In this document: piece by piece, positions 48,290-60,749 of the stretch
Layout: the number at the start of each line of letters is the position of its first letter
Numbering within the stretch: position 1 is the first letter of the stretch
Source of the DNA: Octopus sinensis
Taxonomy: Eukaryota
Length of the DNA stretch: 64,000 nt
Reading direction: 5' to 3'
NCBI RefSeq assembly: GCF_006345805.1
Contig: NC_043008.1
Span: 78,740,001 to 78,804,000, forward strand
Translations under genes and position numbers: made by a program
The notes under the pieces: model-generated
Databases searched by the model: none
Told to the model about the DNA's origin: nothing
The model's input: only the letters and a program-made list of their open reading frames with translations

Positions 48290-50597
48290 TATATACATCT
48301 GAGGGAACCTGTGGAAGAGGTAGACCCAGGAAAACCTGGGACGAGGTGGTGAAGCACGACCTTCGAACTTTAGGTCTCACCAAGGAAATGACTGAAGACC
48401 GAGTCCTATGGAAGTGTGCTGTGCATGAGAGGACCCGGCAGGACTAGTCAGGCCATATCCCGTGGCCCCTACCTGGGACGTAGTCGATCCACCTGTGCAT
48501 ACCTTCCTTCTTGTGACACTTGTGAAGACCTGCTGAGGCAAGTGAAAATCAATCAAAATAGATGAACATCAATGGAATTTGTATCTTTGTGGTACCAGTG
48601 CCTGTGGCACACAAGAAAACCATCCGAACGTGGCCGTAGCCAGTACCGCATCGACTGGCCTCCGTGCTGTGGGAACATGGTGGCACATAAAAACACCATC
48701 CGAAGACCCGGCAAGACTAGTCAGGTCATAACCCGTGGGCCCTACCTGGGACGTAGTCAGTCCACCTGTACATACCTTCCGACTTGTGAAGACCTGCTGA
48801 GGCAAGTGAAAATCAAATCAAATCAAATCAAAACAATCAAAATAGATGAACATCAATGGAATTTGTATCCTTGTGGTACCAGTGCCAGTGGCACACAAGA
48901 ATCCATCCGAACGTGGCCGTAGTCAGTACCGCTTGTGGTACCAGTGCCGGTGGCACACAAGAATCCATCCGAACGTGGCCGTAGTCAGTACCGCTTGTGG
49001 TACCAGTGCCGGTGGCACACAAGAATCCATCCGAACGTGGCCGTAGTCAGTACCGCATCACTGGCCATCGTGCTGTGGGCACATAACAAACACCATCCGG
49101 TCGTGTCCGTTCGCCAGCCTCATCTAGCACCAGTGTCGGTGGCACATAAAAAACACCTTCCGAAGACCCGGCAAGACTAGTCAGGCCATAAACCATGGCC
49201 CCTACCTGGGACGTAGTCAGTCCACCTGTGCATACCTTCCTCCTTGTGATACTTGTGAAGGCCTGTTGAGGCAAGTGAAAATCAAAATCAAATCAAAACA
49301 AATCAAAATAGATGAACATCAATGGAATCTTCCTTCTTGTGACACTTGTGAAGACCTGTTGAGGCAAGTGAAAATCAAATCAAAACAAATCAAAATAGAT
49401 GAACATCAATGGAATCTGTATCTTTGTGGTACCAGTGCCGGTGGCACACATGAGAACCATCCGAACGTGGCCGTAGCCAGTTCCGCATCGACCGGCCTCC
49501 GTGCTGTGGGCACGTAACAAACACCATCCGATCATGGCCGTTCGCCAGCCTCATCTGGCACCTGTGTCGGTGGCACATAAAAACACCTTCCGAAGACCCG
49601 GCAAGACTAGTCAGTCCACCTGTGCATACCTTCCTTCTTGTGACACTTGTGAAGACCGGTTGAGGCAAGTGAAAATCAAATCAAATCAAATCAAATCAAA
49701 ATAGACAAAATAGATGAACATCAATGGAATTTGTATCTTGTGGTACCAGTGCCTGTGGCACACAAGAAATCCATCAGTGCCGTAGTCAGTGCGGTGGGCA
49801 CATGACAAACACCATCCGATCGTGGCCGTTCGCCAGCCTCATCTAGCACCTGTGTCGGTGGCACATAAAAACACCATCCGAAGACCCGGCAAGACTAGTC
49901 AGGCCATAACCCATGGCCCCTACCTGGGACGTAGTCAGTCCACCTGTGCATACCTTCCTTCTTGTGACACTTGTGAAGACCTGTTGAGGCAAGTGAAAAT
50001 CAAATCAAAACAAATCAAAATAGATGAACATCAATGGAATTTGTATCTTTGTGGCACGTGGCACATAAGAAAACCATCCGAACGTGGCCGTAGCCAGTAC
50101 CGCATCGACTGGCCTCCGTGCTGTGGGCACGTAACAAGCACCATCCGATCGTGGCCGTTTGCCAGCCTCATAAAAACACCATCCGAGCGTGGCCGTCTGC
50201 CAGCCTCGTCTGGCACCTGTGTCGGTGGCACATAAAAACACCATCCGAGCGTGGCCGTCTGCCAGCCTCGTCTGGCACCTGTGTCGGTGGCACATAAAAA
50301 ACACCATCCGAGCGTGGCCGTCTGCCAGCCTCGTCTGGCACCTGTGTCGGTGGCACATAAAAAACACCATCCGAGCGTGGCCGTTTGCCAGCCTCGTCTG
50401 GCACCTGTGTCGGTGGCACATAAAATCACCCACTACACTCTCGGAGTGGTTGGCGTTAGGAAGGGCATCCAGCTGTAGAAACACTGCCAGATCTGACTGG
50501 ACTGGTGCAGCTTTCGGGCTCCCCAGACCCCAGTTGAACCGTCCAACCCATGCTAGCATGGAAAGCGGACGTTAATTGATGATGATGATGATGATGA
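48290..50597 (+). mobile_element. RTE-2 3' end with an expanded higher-order tandem array and a (GAT)n tail
   Basis: GRGRPRKTW is followed by about five higher-order units starting GACCCGGCA(A/G)GACTAG, then four ~62-bp near-identical units at 50165-50420. Confidence 0.85.
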
Positions 50598-50619
50598 CAT
50601 AAAATACAAGATACAAAGT

Positions 50620-51035
50620 TATATCTTGATATCGCTAGTCATAAGAATACTCAAAATATATAACAGACTGGAATTGTTAGCCCGTCTCTTGTAATTTCGA
50701 TCAATTGTATCTTGTCCTCCCTCTTGTATAGAAGTGTTGCTACAATCCAGCCTACTTCTACTGCTGGGGGGGGGGGCATCTTTAATTTTTATCCAGGATG
50801 TCCAACGTCCCAGATATAAAGGTAAAAATAAAATATTTCCACTTTGCAAGTTTGAGTCGAGTACTCCCTTGCACGCTCCGTTGACTCGAACCTTGCTTCT
50901 ATTGTGGCGAATTTACCGCCTCTGATTAGATATCTTTTATAGTCGCACCAAGACACTTTTCAAAGGTGCTCTCCTCCATGTGTTCAAATCTTTTTTCTCT
51001 ACATTGTATACTTTATAGACAATAGTCTTTTCTTT
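50620..51035 (-). pseudogene. Decayed fourth homolog of the gag/ORF1-like family
   Basis: Broken frames give KTIVYKVYNV, RGGKFATIEARFESTERA and ILFLPLYLGRWTSWIKIKDAPP..VGWIVATLLY, colinear with units 1-3. Confidence 0.75.
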
Positions 51036-51299
51036 AATTCAATTTTTTATTATCCATCTGGACTATTCCATTTCTGCATGCTGATTTTATTTTTAATTTA
51101 TTCCCATTCATGTGAAACCACTTATTCAAGTTCAAGTCATTGATGCAATTTTATACCAATTGCTATTTTTACTTTTGTTATGTTACAATTATATTATAAT
51201 TTAGTTTGATTTTAATTATTACTTACTACATATAATTCAATTGTTATTATTATTTTTATTGTTAAAGTGAAAGTATCTGACATAAAATAGAGAAATGTT

Positions 51300-51525
51300 T
51301 TTGTTTCACTTTTAACACGTAATACTGAAATAGTGGAGAAGATATGATATTGCTATGGGCTCGCTCTGGGCAAGAAGTTGAACATTTTCCCCATGAAACT
51401 ACATGGACCCTAAGTAAGGCATGTGTAAAATTTGAATGAAATTGGTTGTGTAGTTCTCAAGTTTTAGGGAAACACACAAACAGACAGACAGACACACATT
51501 CTCAGTTTTATATATATAAAGATAA
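51300..51525 (+). repeat. Possible Helentron-associated (HINE/DINE-like) repeat
   Basis: AAATTTGAATGAAATTGG..TAGTTCTC, an (ACAG)n tract and a TTTTATATATATA end. Confidence 0.35.
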
Positions 51526-51843
51526 CCTTTAGAATATTTGTTAAAAATGACCTTGCACTAAATTTTTCACATTTGCATAAAAAAAGAGTGATATCATTCA
51601 AGATTAGTATTAAAAAAATATTTGCATGAATTATGACATGATCATTATAAAGAAGCTCTTGATGAATCCTTGTTAGGATCTGGTTTCAATTTCTTATTGA
51701 GTCACTTTGCTTTACTTGCACTGTTAAGAAAGGTATGAATGAATTTTATAATACAGAATGATTCCATTTCTGTATTGTAAAATCTTAAGCTTACACTCTT
51801 ATTTAGAATTTCAGGATAACAAATTCCATCAATATCAACTCAC

Positions 51844-51908
51844 AAATAGAATTCTGCTCAGGTGTGTATAACGCTTTTATTTCAAAAGGATGGGAATCCA
51901 ATAACCAT
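51844..51908 (-). CDS. Neprilysin-like exon d: (R)WLLDSHPFEIKALYTPEQNSI
   Basis: Flanked by tttatgtag and gtgagt; phase 2 to 1. Aligns to M13 W...VNAxYxPxxNxI. Confidence 0.88.
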
Positions 51909-54205
51909 CTACATAAATAAAAAGAAAATAAATAGTAAATAAAAAGAAACTTTTCCAAATAAGAATTTCACAACTGCAATAACAAATTTTTTTGACAAAA
52001 TTTCCATCCAGTCATCTCTAACCACTATTCTTGGGAGTGCCATGCACTTCTTCCATAGTGTCTTATCAGAAGCAACTATTGTTACACTTTCTATGCATGA
52101 CCAACTGACACTATGAACATTATCCAACCATTTCATTCTTAGTCTAGACCTAGGTTTCCTGTCAATTGGTTCTGCTTGAAGAATGCTTCTTACAAGTTCT
52201 TTCCTGCAATATTCTAGTCACATGCCTGTAGTAACAGAGCTGTGACCTCTCAATGTAGAGAAGTAGCAGCTTCATCTCTAAACATTTTACTCCATAGAAT
52301 TTTTTTGAGGAATATTTCAGCCACATGTATTTGCAATTGTACTCTTTTGGTCATTACCCAACAAAATTTGAAATAATTATTTTTACAATCTTTCCAATGA
52401 CATATGCAAGAAAAGCATCAGAATCCAATGGAAGTAGCAACTTCATAATTTTACCAGTCATTTATCAGCCAAATAGAAGACATCTTTCCAATAATATTTT
52501 AATAATATTTTTCCAGAGAAAGTGGGGAATAAGTGGAAATGGTAGAGTGCTGCATTAGATATTTTATAGTATTTAGCTCCATTCCTCTATATTCTAGGTC
52601 CAAATTCTGCCATAATTAACTTTATACTTTCAAATCCCTACCCCCATAATCAATAAAGTAATTTTCAGGTGTGTATTGATTATAATCTAGTTCTCTTACA
52701 AATGCTTATATTTTTAAAGCAATATTATTTTTGAACAGAAAACTAAAAACTTAAAGCTAGCATTAAATGGAAATACACAATGACTTCATTTTTAGTGATA
52801 GGTTAATTATAAAGATGCCTGTATATTTCATATTGCAAATGAATTATTCACCTTGTAAAAAGCACCATCTGAACATGGTCAATGCCAGGTCTGCCTGACT
52901 GGCTCCCATGATGGTGGCATGTGAAAAGCACTATCCAAACAAGATCGATGCCAGGCCTACCTGACTGGCTCCTGTGCTGGTGGCACATAAAAAACACCCA
53001 CTGCACTCTCAGAGTGATTGGCGTTAGGAAGGGCATCCAGCTGTAGAAACATTGCCAGACAAAATTGGAGCCTGGTGCAGCCACTGGCTCTTCAGACTTC
53101 AGTCAAACCGTCCAACAAATGCCAGCATGAAACACGGACATTAAACGATGATGATGATTATTATTATTACTGTAATATTGTTATTGTTTGAATAAGAAAT
53201 GAAGTCTTTCTAAAGAATAATCATTGGAGTTTCAATTCTGATCAACTCATCCACTTCATCACCTTTTTTAATTCTGATATGGTTGCAAATAAAAGATATA
53301 CTTTTATAGTTTTGATATGTTAATTTAAAGTTTTCATAAAATACATTTTCAGTGCCAGTTCCAGAAAATTCAGAACCTAATTTAAAAGATTTTCATGGTG
53401 CATCTTTGTATATTGGAAAGCAAGGAAATATGCAAGCTTTTAAACTAAATTTTATTAATACGTTGTCGTTGTCGTTTTAGTTATATAAAAGTAATGAGGC
53501 AAACTCCATTAATGTAAGAAATATCATTAATATGCTACTAGTTCTTTACCACAAATACATTTCCTTTGGTAAGAAGAGCAGATTGTTTCTCCATTTTGAA
53601 GTATTCTAAATAAAATATAATTTATTTGGTTAGTCACTCTGCCAAGAAGAGAAGATGTTATTGAGAAATTGTACAGACATGTTATATATTGCTTAAAATA
53701 ACTAAGTATTATATTTTGTGAATTTGAAAATATTTTGGTACACAAAAGGATTAGTTAGAAACAATTACCATCATAAATTTTAATAGGACTTTAAAGTTAA
53801 TTTTGTTTCCTTCCTTTTTAACTACTTTAAAGTGTCCTCAATCTAAAACCCAGTTAGGTACAAAGCAGTCAGTTCAGTGCTAATGTTTTTCATGTCAAAA
53901 GAGTTGACAGTCATGACAAAGTATCAACTAGAAAAGTGACGCAGATAAAATAATTATCTGATGATAATTATTTTAGATTTATGACTTTCTTAAATACTCA
54001 TATGCTTTAGATAATCTCAATGCAATATGTCTTTCAGATTTCCTAGATAGACATTGATAAAATAAATACATGCCATACAAGCTTACAATCATATGGGAAT
54101 GTAGATTATGGAATTAAATCTCACTTAATTCACACCAAATTTTTTAATCTCTCTCTCCCTCTCTCTCTCTCTAGCTCTCACTCTCTCTCTCTCTCTCTCT
54201 CGCTC

Positions 54206-54241
<36 letters not shown>

Positions 54242-54370
54242 AGTGAAACACAAAATTAGTGTGTATATCTGAAGATAGATCTAGTATGTCTTACACAAGC
54301 TATTCCATGTCAATATTAATACAAGACAAAGATAAATTATCAACTAAAAAAACTTTTAGATATTACTTAC

Positions 54371-54465
54371 CTTCCTCTTGAATTAATTTCTCTCAGTTTA
54401 CTGAATGTTTGTATAAATTTATATTTGTCAATTGTAAACAAGTTACTCATGAAGTTTTCATTGAA
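54371..54465 (-). CDS. Neprilysin-like exon c: FNENFMSNLFTIDKYKFIQTFSKLREINSRG
   Basis: Flanked by gtttcag and gtaagt; phase 0 to 2. Contains the KLRE segment that precedes the conserved W. Confidence 0.85.
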
Positions 54466-54859
54466 CTGAAACTAATTTTTAAAAAAAATATATTTAAAGT
54501 TTAACAATTTAATGAAATTTTATTACATTTCATCAGTTACAACAACAAATAAGAGCACTATGTTATGGGCTGTAGGTTTTCATACTTTAGTCAGGAATTT
54601 TTTGCTGGAGAATGCACAGTCTTTCCATAAATTTCTACACAAAACAATCATCATAAGTGGATGACATCAGTAAGTTTTAGTTTGAATTACTTGTATATAT
54701 GTTACTGATAGTATGTTACTAGTTGCAGTGAAAATATGAGCAAGGAATGATTTCCTTATAGGAAAGCAGAATTGGATATTGCTAAGTTGTCTGAAATGCA
54801 ATCAAAGTTCATTGTATGGCTTTACTTCATGCATATCCATTCTACTGATGGAGAGGAGG

Positions 54860-57170
54860 GTCGTGGTAATGTTGCTGTTGTTGTTTCAGCCAAACAGAAG
54901 GCATCTTTTTGAAGAATTAGATGGGAAACAACATCAGAAAGTGATTCCTGACGTGGAAGAAAGTAAAGTGTTTAGAGGATAACTTTGAAACAGGCCAGTG
55001 AGACATAAAGTAAGCAGAGAATAGCTAAAACAGGTGAAGAGAGAACTTGCAACTGTACTGAAACAAAAAGACTTCAGAAACAATCTGTACTCAGTGAGAC
55101 TGAAGTTGAGAAAAAATACCAAATCAGCAAGGACCAAGCCTGAATGGAGTATAAGCTTACTGGCTGAAGGATTTTACATAGTTGCATGAAGGGATCATTG
55201 AACACCTTGATGAATGCCTGCAGTAGGGACATAAGTGGATGAATGTTATTATGTCTTAAGGATCTTTTGAAAGGTAAATTGGTGTCAAATTTTTCACCTA
55301 TAACCTTTTTACCACTTATGTGGAAGTTTATGGCTGGTGTCTTGGCAGAAAAGTTATATCATTGTCTTGAAAATAACAATTTACTTCCAATGAATGAAGT
55401 GCTGCAGGAAGCAAAGTATGGCAACTAAAGACCAGTTGTTTGTTGATGGAATGATAATTAGAAATTGCAGATGCAAATTGACAGGATTGAATGTAGCATG
55501 GCTGGATTTCAGAAAAGCATATGACATAGTAGCACACAGTTGGATAACTAAGCCAATAAGCATGTCTAGAGCAGCAGAAAATATGGGGGAAATGATCAAC
55601 GAAGTATGAAACACTGAGTGCAGAAGCAATTGGAGGAAAACAAAGACTTAGAAAGGTGAACATCAGATGTGGTAATTCAAAGGTGATAGCTTATTTCCAT
55701 TACTATTTGTATGGACCATAATACTACTCAGTTTGATATTACAGAAAGTTAAAATATCTTATGATTTGGGAAAAGGGTGTGGTCAGATAAATTATCTTTT
55801 TATAGATGATATAAAGCTTTATGTAAAAACTTACTGTTTGCATTTTATCAAATGATGTAGTGTGGAACCTGAGATTGAAAAGTGCACTATATTGATAATG
55901 AAAAGGGAAAAATATGAAGCAAGTCAAGGAACTGAAATGCTATATGGGAAAGCGATGAAAACAGTTGAAAAAGGACAGTGGTATAGATATTTGGGAAAAC
56001 TGGGGGCAGATGAAATAAAACATGAAGAGAAGAAGCAAATTACATGCCAGGAATATACAAAGAGAATGAAGAAAATATTAGTCAAGGTTGAATTCAAAAA
56101 ATGTTATTGAAGCAATAAATTCAAGAGTACTGGTTGCTAGCATTGAGGATTGGACAAAAAGTGATATACAGGAACTTGACAGAAAAACTAGAAAGCAGTT
56201 GACTATGTATGGAGCTTACCACCCAAAATCTGATATTAACCAGCTGTACTTAAAGAGACCAGGGTGGAAGAGGCTTAATCAGTGTGAAAGAATGTGTGCA
56301 GATGGAACAAAATGGCATACTAGATTATTTACAGAACAGTACAGACAAATTACTAAAGGCAGTGAATGAAGAACAGGTGATCAAATGTGGAATTGAAGAA
56401 AAGAACAAGAATGAATTTCAAACAGAACATGTTAAACAGATTGATGAGAAACTTTTGCATGGTCAATTTTGGAAAGCCACTGAGGATGTATGTGAAATAA
56501 AAGCATAGGCTTGGCTGAAAAAAAAGGAACAGAGAGCCTTCTTATAGCTGCTCAAAATCAAGTGCTGCCAACAAACAGCATAAGAAAATAAGTGTGTGGG
56601 GAGAAGATGTCAGCAAAATGTAGAGTATGTGGAATTTGGGATGAAACAGTAGTACACGTTGCAGAACTCCTCAACTTGGCCCAGGGAGAATATAAGAAGC
56701 AGACATGACCAAGTTGTGAAAGATTTTCATTGTCAGAAGTGGGCATCTGAAGCTGAAGGTAATTGGTATAATTATCAAGTTGAAAGTGTACTTGAGTAAA
56801 AGAAAATGCAAGATTTATGGGATTTTCCAATCCAGATAAGAAGGTAGAATATAACAAGCTGGATATAACAATAATAGACAGGGAAAAGCAAACTTGCTTA
56901 CTAATTGATCCATCATGTCCATTTTATTCCATGATTGTGAAGAAAGAAGATGAAAAGTTAAAAAATACAATCCCTTAAAATTTGAGATTGCAAGGATTTG
57001 GAATATGAAATATGTAAAGGTTGTACTTGTAATAATTAGTGCACTAGGGACTGTGAGTAACGACAGACAAATAGTTAAAGGAGATTCGAGTGGAATGTTC
57101 TGTACGGTTTCTACAGAAGGTTTTCTTCTTAGGAACAGGAAAAATCATTAGAAGGCTTTTGAGCACTTGA
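54860..57170 (+). mobile_element. Degenerate R4/Dong-like non-LTR retrotransposon (RT plus restriction-like endonuclease)
   Basis: Broken frames give PITFLPLMWK, AWLDFRKAYD, YIDDIKLY, CRVCG..ETVVHV, NKLDITIID and KFEIARIW..VIISALG. A second RLE-region scrap lies at ~57360-57680. Confidence 0.78.
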
Positions 57171-58736
57171 AGGGCCCATTGAAATCATATGGATATCTAA
57201 AGCTACAGGTAATAACTCACTACATGCATAAATTCTACCAGGAATAAGACCAATCCTGAGTCAAACTGGAAGAGAAGAAGAAGAAATCCTCTGGGAATTA
57301 TACTAACAATTTCATGTGAAAACAGACAAATGGTATAAACATGTATATGAGCTTGCTACAAGCATTTGGGATATGCCCTTCCAAAATAGCAAAGAGATCA
57401 AGACATATCATCCAGACTTAATAATCAATGAATGAGGGAAAAAATACACTAATAGACATCACACTCCCTTCTACAAAATATTGCTTAAATGAAATGGGAA
57501 ATCTGTCAAAATACAAGAATCTTGAAACTGAAATATTCAAGATAGTGATAATGAAACCAATAAAATTGGGGCATTAGGTTTGTTAAAAATGTGAATAAAA
57601 ACACTGAAACAATAACAAGGATCACAAAATTACACAGTTCAAAAATACTTCTGTTAGTAACAGTCCTTATCTTGCGCATAGCTCAAATAGAACAATCTTC
57701 ACTTCAAGAGCATAGCCCAAATTGAACAATTTTCATATACAACACACACTCTATAAAATAAGCATCAAACAAAATACAACACAAAATATCCAGTTTACAA
57801 GGTTTATACCCAATAAAATAACACAGCTCACATTACACATACAATACTACACAACAGAACAAACCTTAATTTGAAACAAGAAACAGCAGGTTAAATGCCA
57901 TAGCAAAACAAAGTGATTCAGCACAGTATATGAAGTATATACTTCTTGAACCCCAACAAAAACAAGATAACATAGTGCTGCATATTCCTCAGGAATATGA
58001 AGGTATACCATATCATGTACTAGAAACTTGCATGAAACTATCATGATGGTAATAATAATGACTACATCTAATATAGACACAAGGCCAGCAGTTTTTAAGG
58101 GGAGGGACTAGTCAGTTCCATCAATCCCAGTATTTGGCTGGTACTTTACTTTATTGACCCTGGATGGATGAAAGTCAAAGCTGAGTTTGACAGGATTTTA
58201 ACTCATACCATAATTAGTTGAAGTAAATACAGCAAGCCATTTTCCAACACTATGACAATACATGGAAGGCAATTGATAGTTGAAGAAAATAGATAAGAAT
58301 GAAAGGTCAAATCAATGGGGAGAAAGACAATGACAGGTAGAATCAATGGAGAGAGGTGGGTGAAACCAGAGGAAAAACAACAGAAAATTGTGTAAATTAT
58401 ATAACTTATAAGTATTAGACACTAGAATGAACAGAACTGATAAGATATGTTCTTGCTTTGAAAATAGGTGGCACTTCCATAAACTCAGCAAGTTTAGGTG
58501 CTGGTGAAGAGATTGAAAATACAGATATAAAACATATTTATACAATGAGTAAATTGTTGAAGTGTGTTAAGTAAAGATTTCTCTATCAGCCAAACAATAT
58601 TATCAGTATAGAGAAAGAGAACTGCAACTAATACTAAAAATGAGAATACCTAATTTCATTATGAATATTTCTTTAAAATTGAATATCTCATAACAAAAGC
58701 TAAAATTTCAGTTGCTATAAAAAAAATATATGTTAC

Positions 58737-58802
58737 CTGCTCGATAAAGGGGTCTGCACTAAGGTTTTCATCACTACCAATCATTTGCAACATGCTGTAG
58801 AG
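58737..58802 (-). CDS. Neprilysin-like exon b: LYSMLQMIGSDENLSADPFIEQ
   Basis: Flanked by attttcag and gtaaca; phase 0 to 0. Sits at the position of the M13 IGYPD segment. Confidence 0.78.
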
Positions 58803-58946
58803 CTGAAAATATATACATTTTATAACACCAATATTTTCAATTTTGTTATCATGAGCAACAGAAGAATCAATATATATTGAAGTTGTAATTTAGAAAAAGT
58901 GTGGTTTATTTAGGTGATATTAGTTTGATGCTGTTACACCACTATA

Positions 58947-60151
58947 CAAGGTGCATTCAAAGAGTATCCAACCTTTGAGTATAAAAAAAAAAAATTTGTA
59001 TATTTCGCAAATTTCATTTAAGCCTTTTGAGAGTTCCCACACTTCTCCCAGTGGTTGTGCCACTGCTAGCAATACCTCTGGAACACCAATGGAATGATGT
59101 GGAGCTCCGCCATTGCTTTTCTCATAATTTCCTCTTGTGACTCAAATTGCTTCCCTTTCAGCATAGTTTTCAGTTTGGGGAAGAGCTAGAAGTCACACAG
59201 TGCCAAGTTGAGAGAGTAGAGAGTCTGTTGAACAAGTGGTGTACTGTTCTTGACCAGAAGAGCTTGGATTATGTGGGTGGAACAAGCAGTATTGTCGTGA
59301 TGAAGTTGTCAATTCTTCATGAATCACATGTCCTAATTTAGATGCACAGCATCAAGAAGGCAATGCATAACCTTATTGGTTGTTTGGCCTTTTGGTGCAT
59401 ATTCATGATGTACAATGCCATGGAAGTCAAGGAAGCAGGTCAATATTGCCTTCACATTGCTACAAACCTGTCATCCTCTTTCGAGCCTTGGTGATGATGG
59501 ATGCCTCCATTGGGAGGACTGGAACTTGGTTTCCACATTAAAACCATAAACCCATGTCTCATCACCAATGATGATGGCCTTCATGAAGTTTGGGTCATGA
59601 TTTGCACAGTCCAGAATGTCATGAGTGCTCTGCCAGCACCTTGGGGATAAATTTTGTTGACACTTTCTGCAAGCGCAAATCCTCCATTAAAATAGAATGC
59701 ACTGATCCTGTGCTTCTTCCCACTTCATGAGCCATGGATTGTTACACGATGGTTTCCTGTGGCTATTCGCTAAGTCTTCTCAATTGGCTCTTTGTTTTGG
59801 CTTATGGATGGCCTCCCTGAGGTATGGCCTTGCTTGAAACAGTTGTACCACACTTTAACCTGAGTTTTGCCTATGGCATCATTGCCAAAAACCAGCTGAA
59901 TCTTCTGGATGGTTTGAGCTTGAGTACCACCAAGCTTTTGACAAAATTTGATGCAATATCTCTATGTTTGGTCATCTTGTGACAAAAGGAAATCTAGGTG
60001 TAACAGCCGGAAACTGATGCAGACTACAAACATGAAAATGTTCATGCATGTGCAGAATGGGTGGTATCACCTCTCACCCAAAGGGTTTTTCCCATGTGGC
60101 ATTAGTTTTGGTGGAGAAAAATAAAGTCAGATACTTTTTGAATGCACCTCA
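58947..60151 (-). mobile_element. Mariner transposon, degenerate
   Basis: TIRs (C/T)(A/G)AGGTGCATTCAAA.AGTATC flanked by TA. Minus frame gives FCQKLG...VFGNDAIGKTQVKVWYNCFKQG. Confidence 0.85.
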
Positions 60152-60650
60152 TAATAAAATTTTTGAAATAGCTAGCTAAATATTTCGCTATGATCTATAT
60201 ACATAGCACATTCCATATGCTGCAGATATTGTTTCAATTTACACAAAAATTTCATATATTCCCATGTGATTTTGTAGTATGAATAAAAATCAATTACTTT
60301 TGTTTTGAGGGAATAGATCATACAGTTGTGTTAGGGACAATGGCTGAAAAGGACGGTGGTTGATAGCTGCAAGTTGAAGCATAATCAGGTTGAGTAAGAT
60401 TTTTTTTTATTGGGTGTAATGACAAAGATAATAATATATTTTAACATGGACTGAAATATTTAAACCATATTTAATAAATCTAATGATCACCAAATATTCA
60501 TCAGTTTACATAATGGTTTTCTACAGAAATATTGTAAAAAAAACTTACAAATTTTAAACTTTTGTGTTTAATATCTTATATGAATGTCATTATCATTAAT
60601 AGACTTAAGGTTAGAATTAAATGAATTAAAAATAGAATTACATATATTAC

Positions 60651-60749
60651 CTTTTTTAGAGCTTCCCATTTTGTGACCTGATCCATCCAATGGATGTGTG
60701 AAACCATCTTTATAACAGCTGCATGGATCATCTTTGGAACATGGATATT
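60651..60749 (-). CDS. Neprilysin-like exon a (first one found): NIHVPKMIHAAVIKMVSHIHWMDQVTKWEALKK
   Basis: Flanked by ttctatag and gtaata; phase 0 to 0. Contains the WMDxxTK..A..K motif. Confidence 0.82.

Noticed and set aside
48560-50420. CRISPR-like repeat-spacer pattern (also at 12310-12680)
   Set aside because: The spacers are homologous to each other, there are no cas genes, and the array sits in an RTE 3' UTR in eukaryotic DNA.
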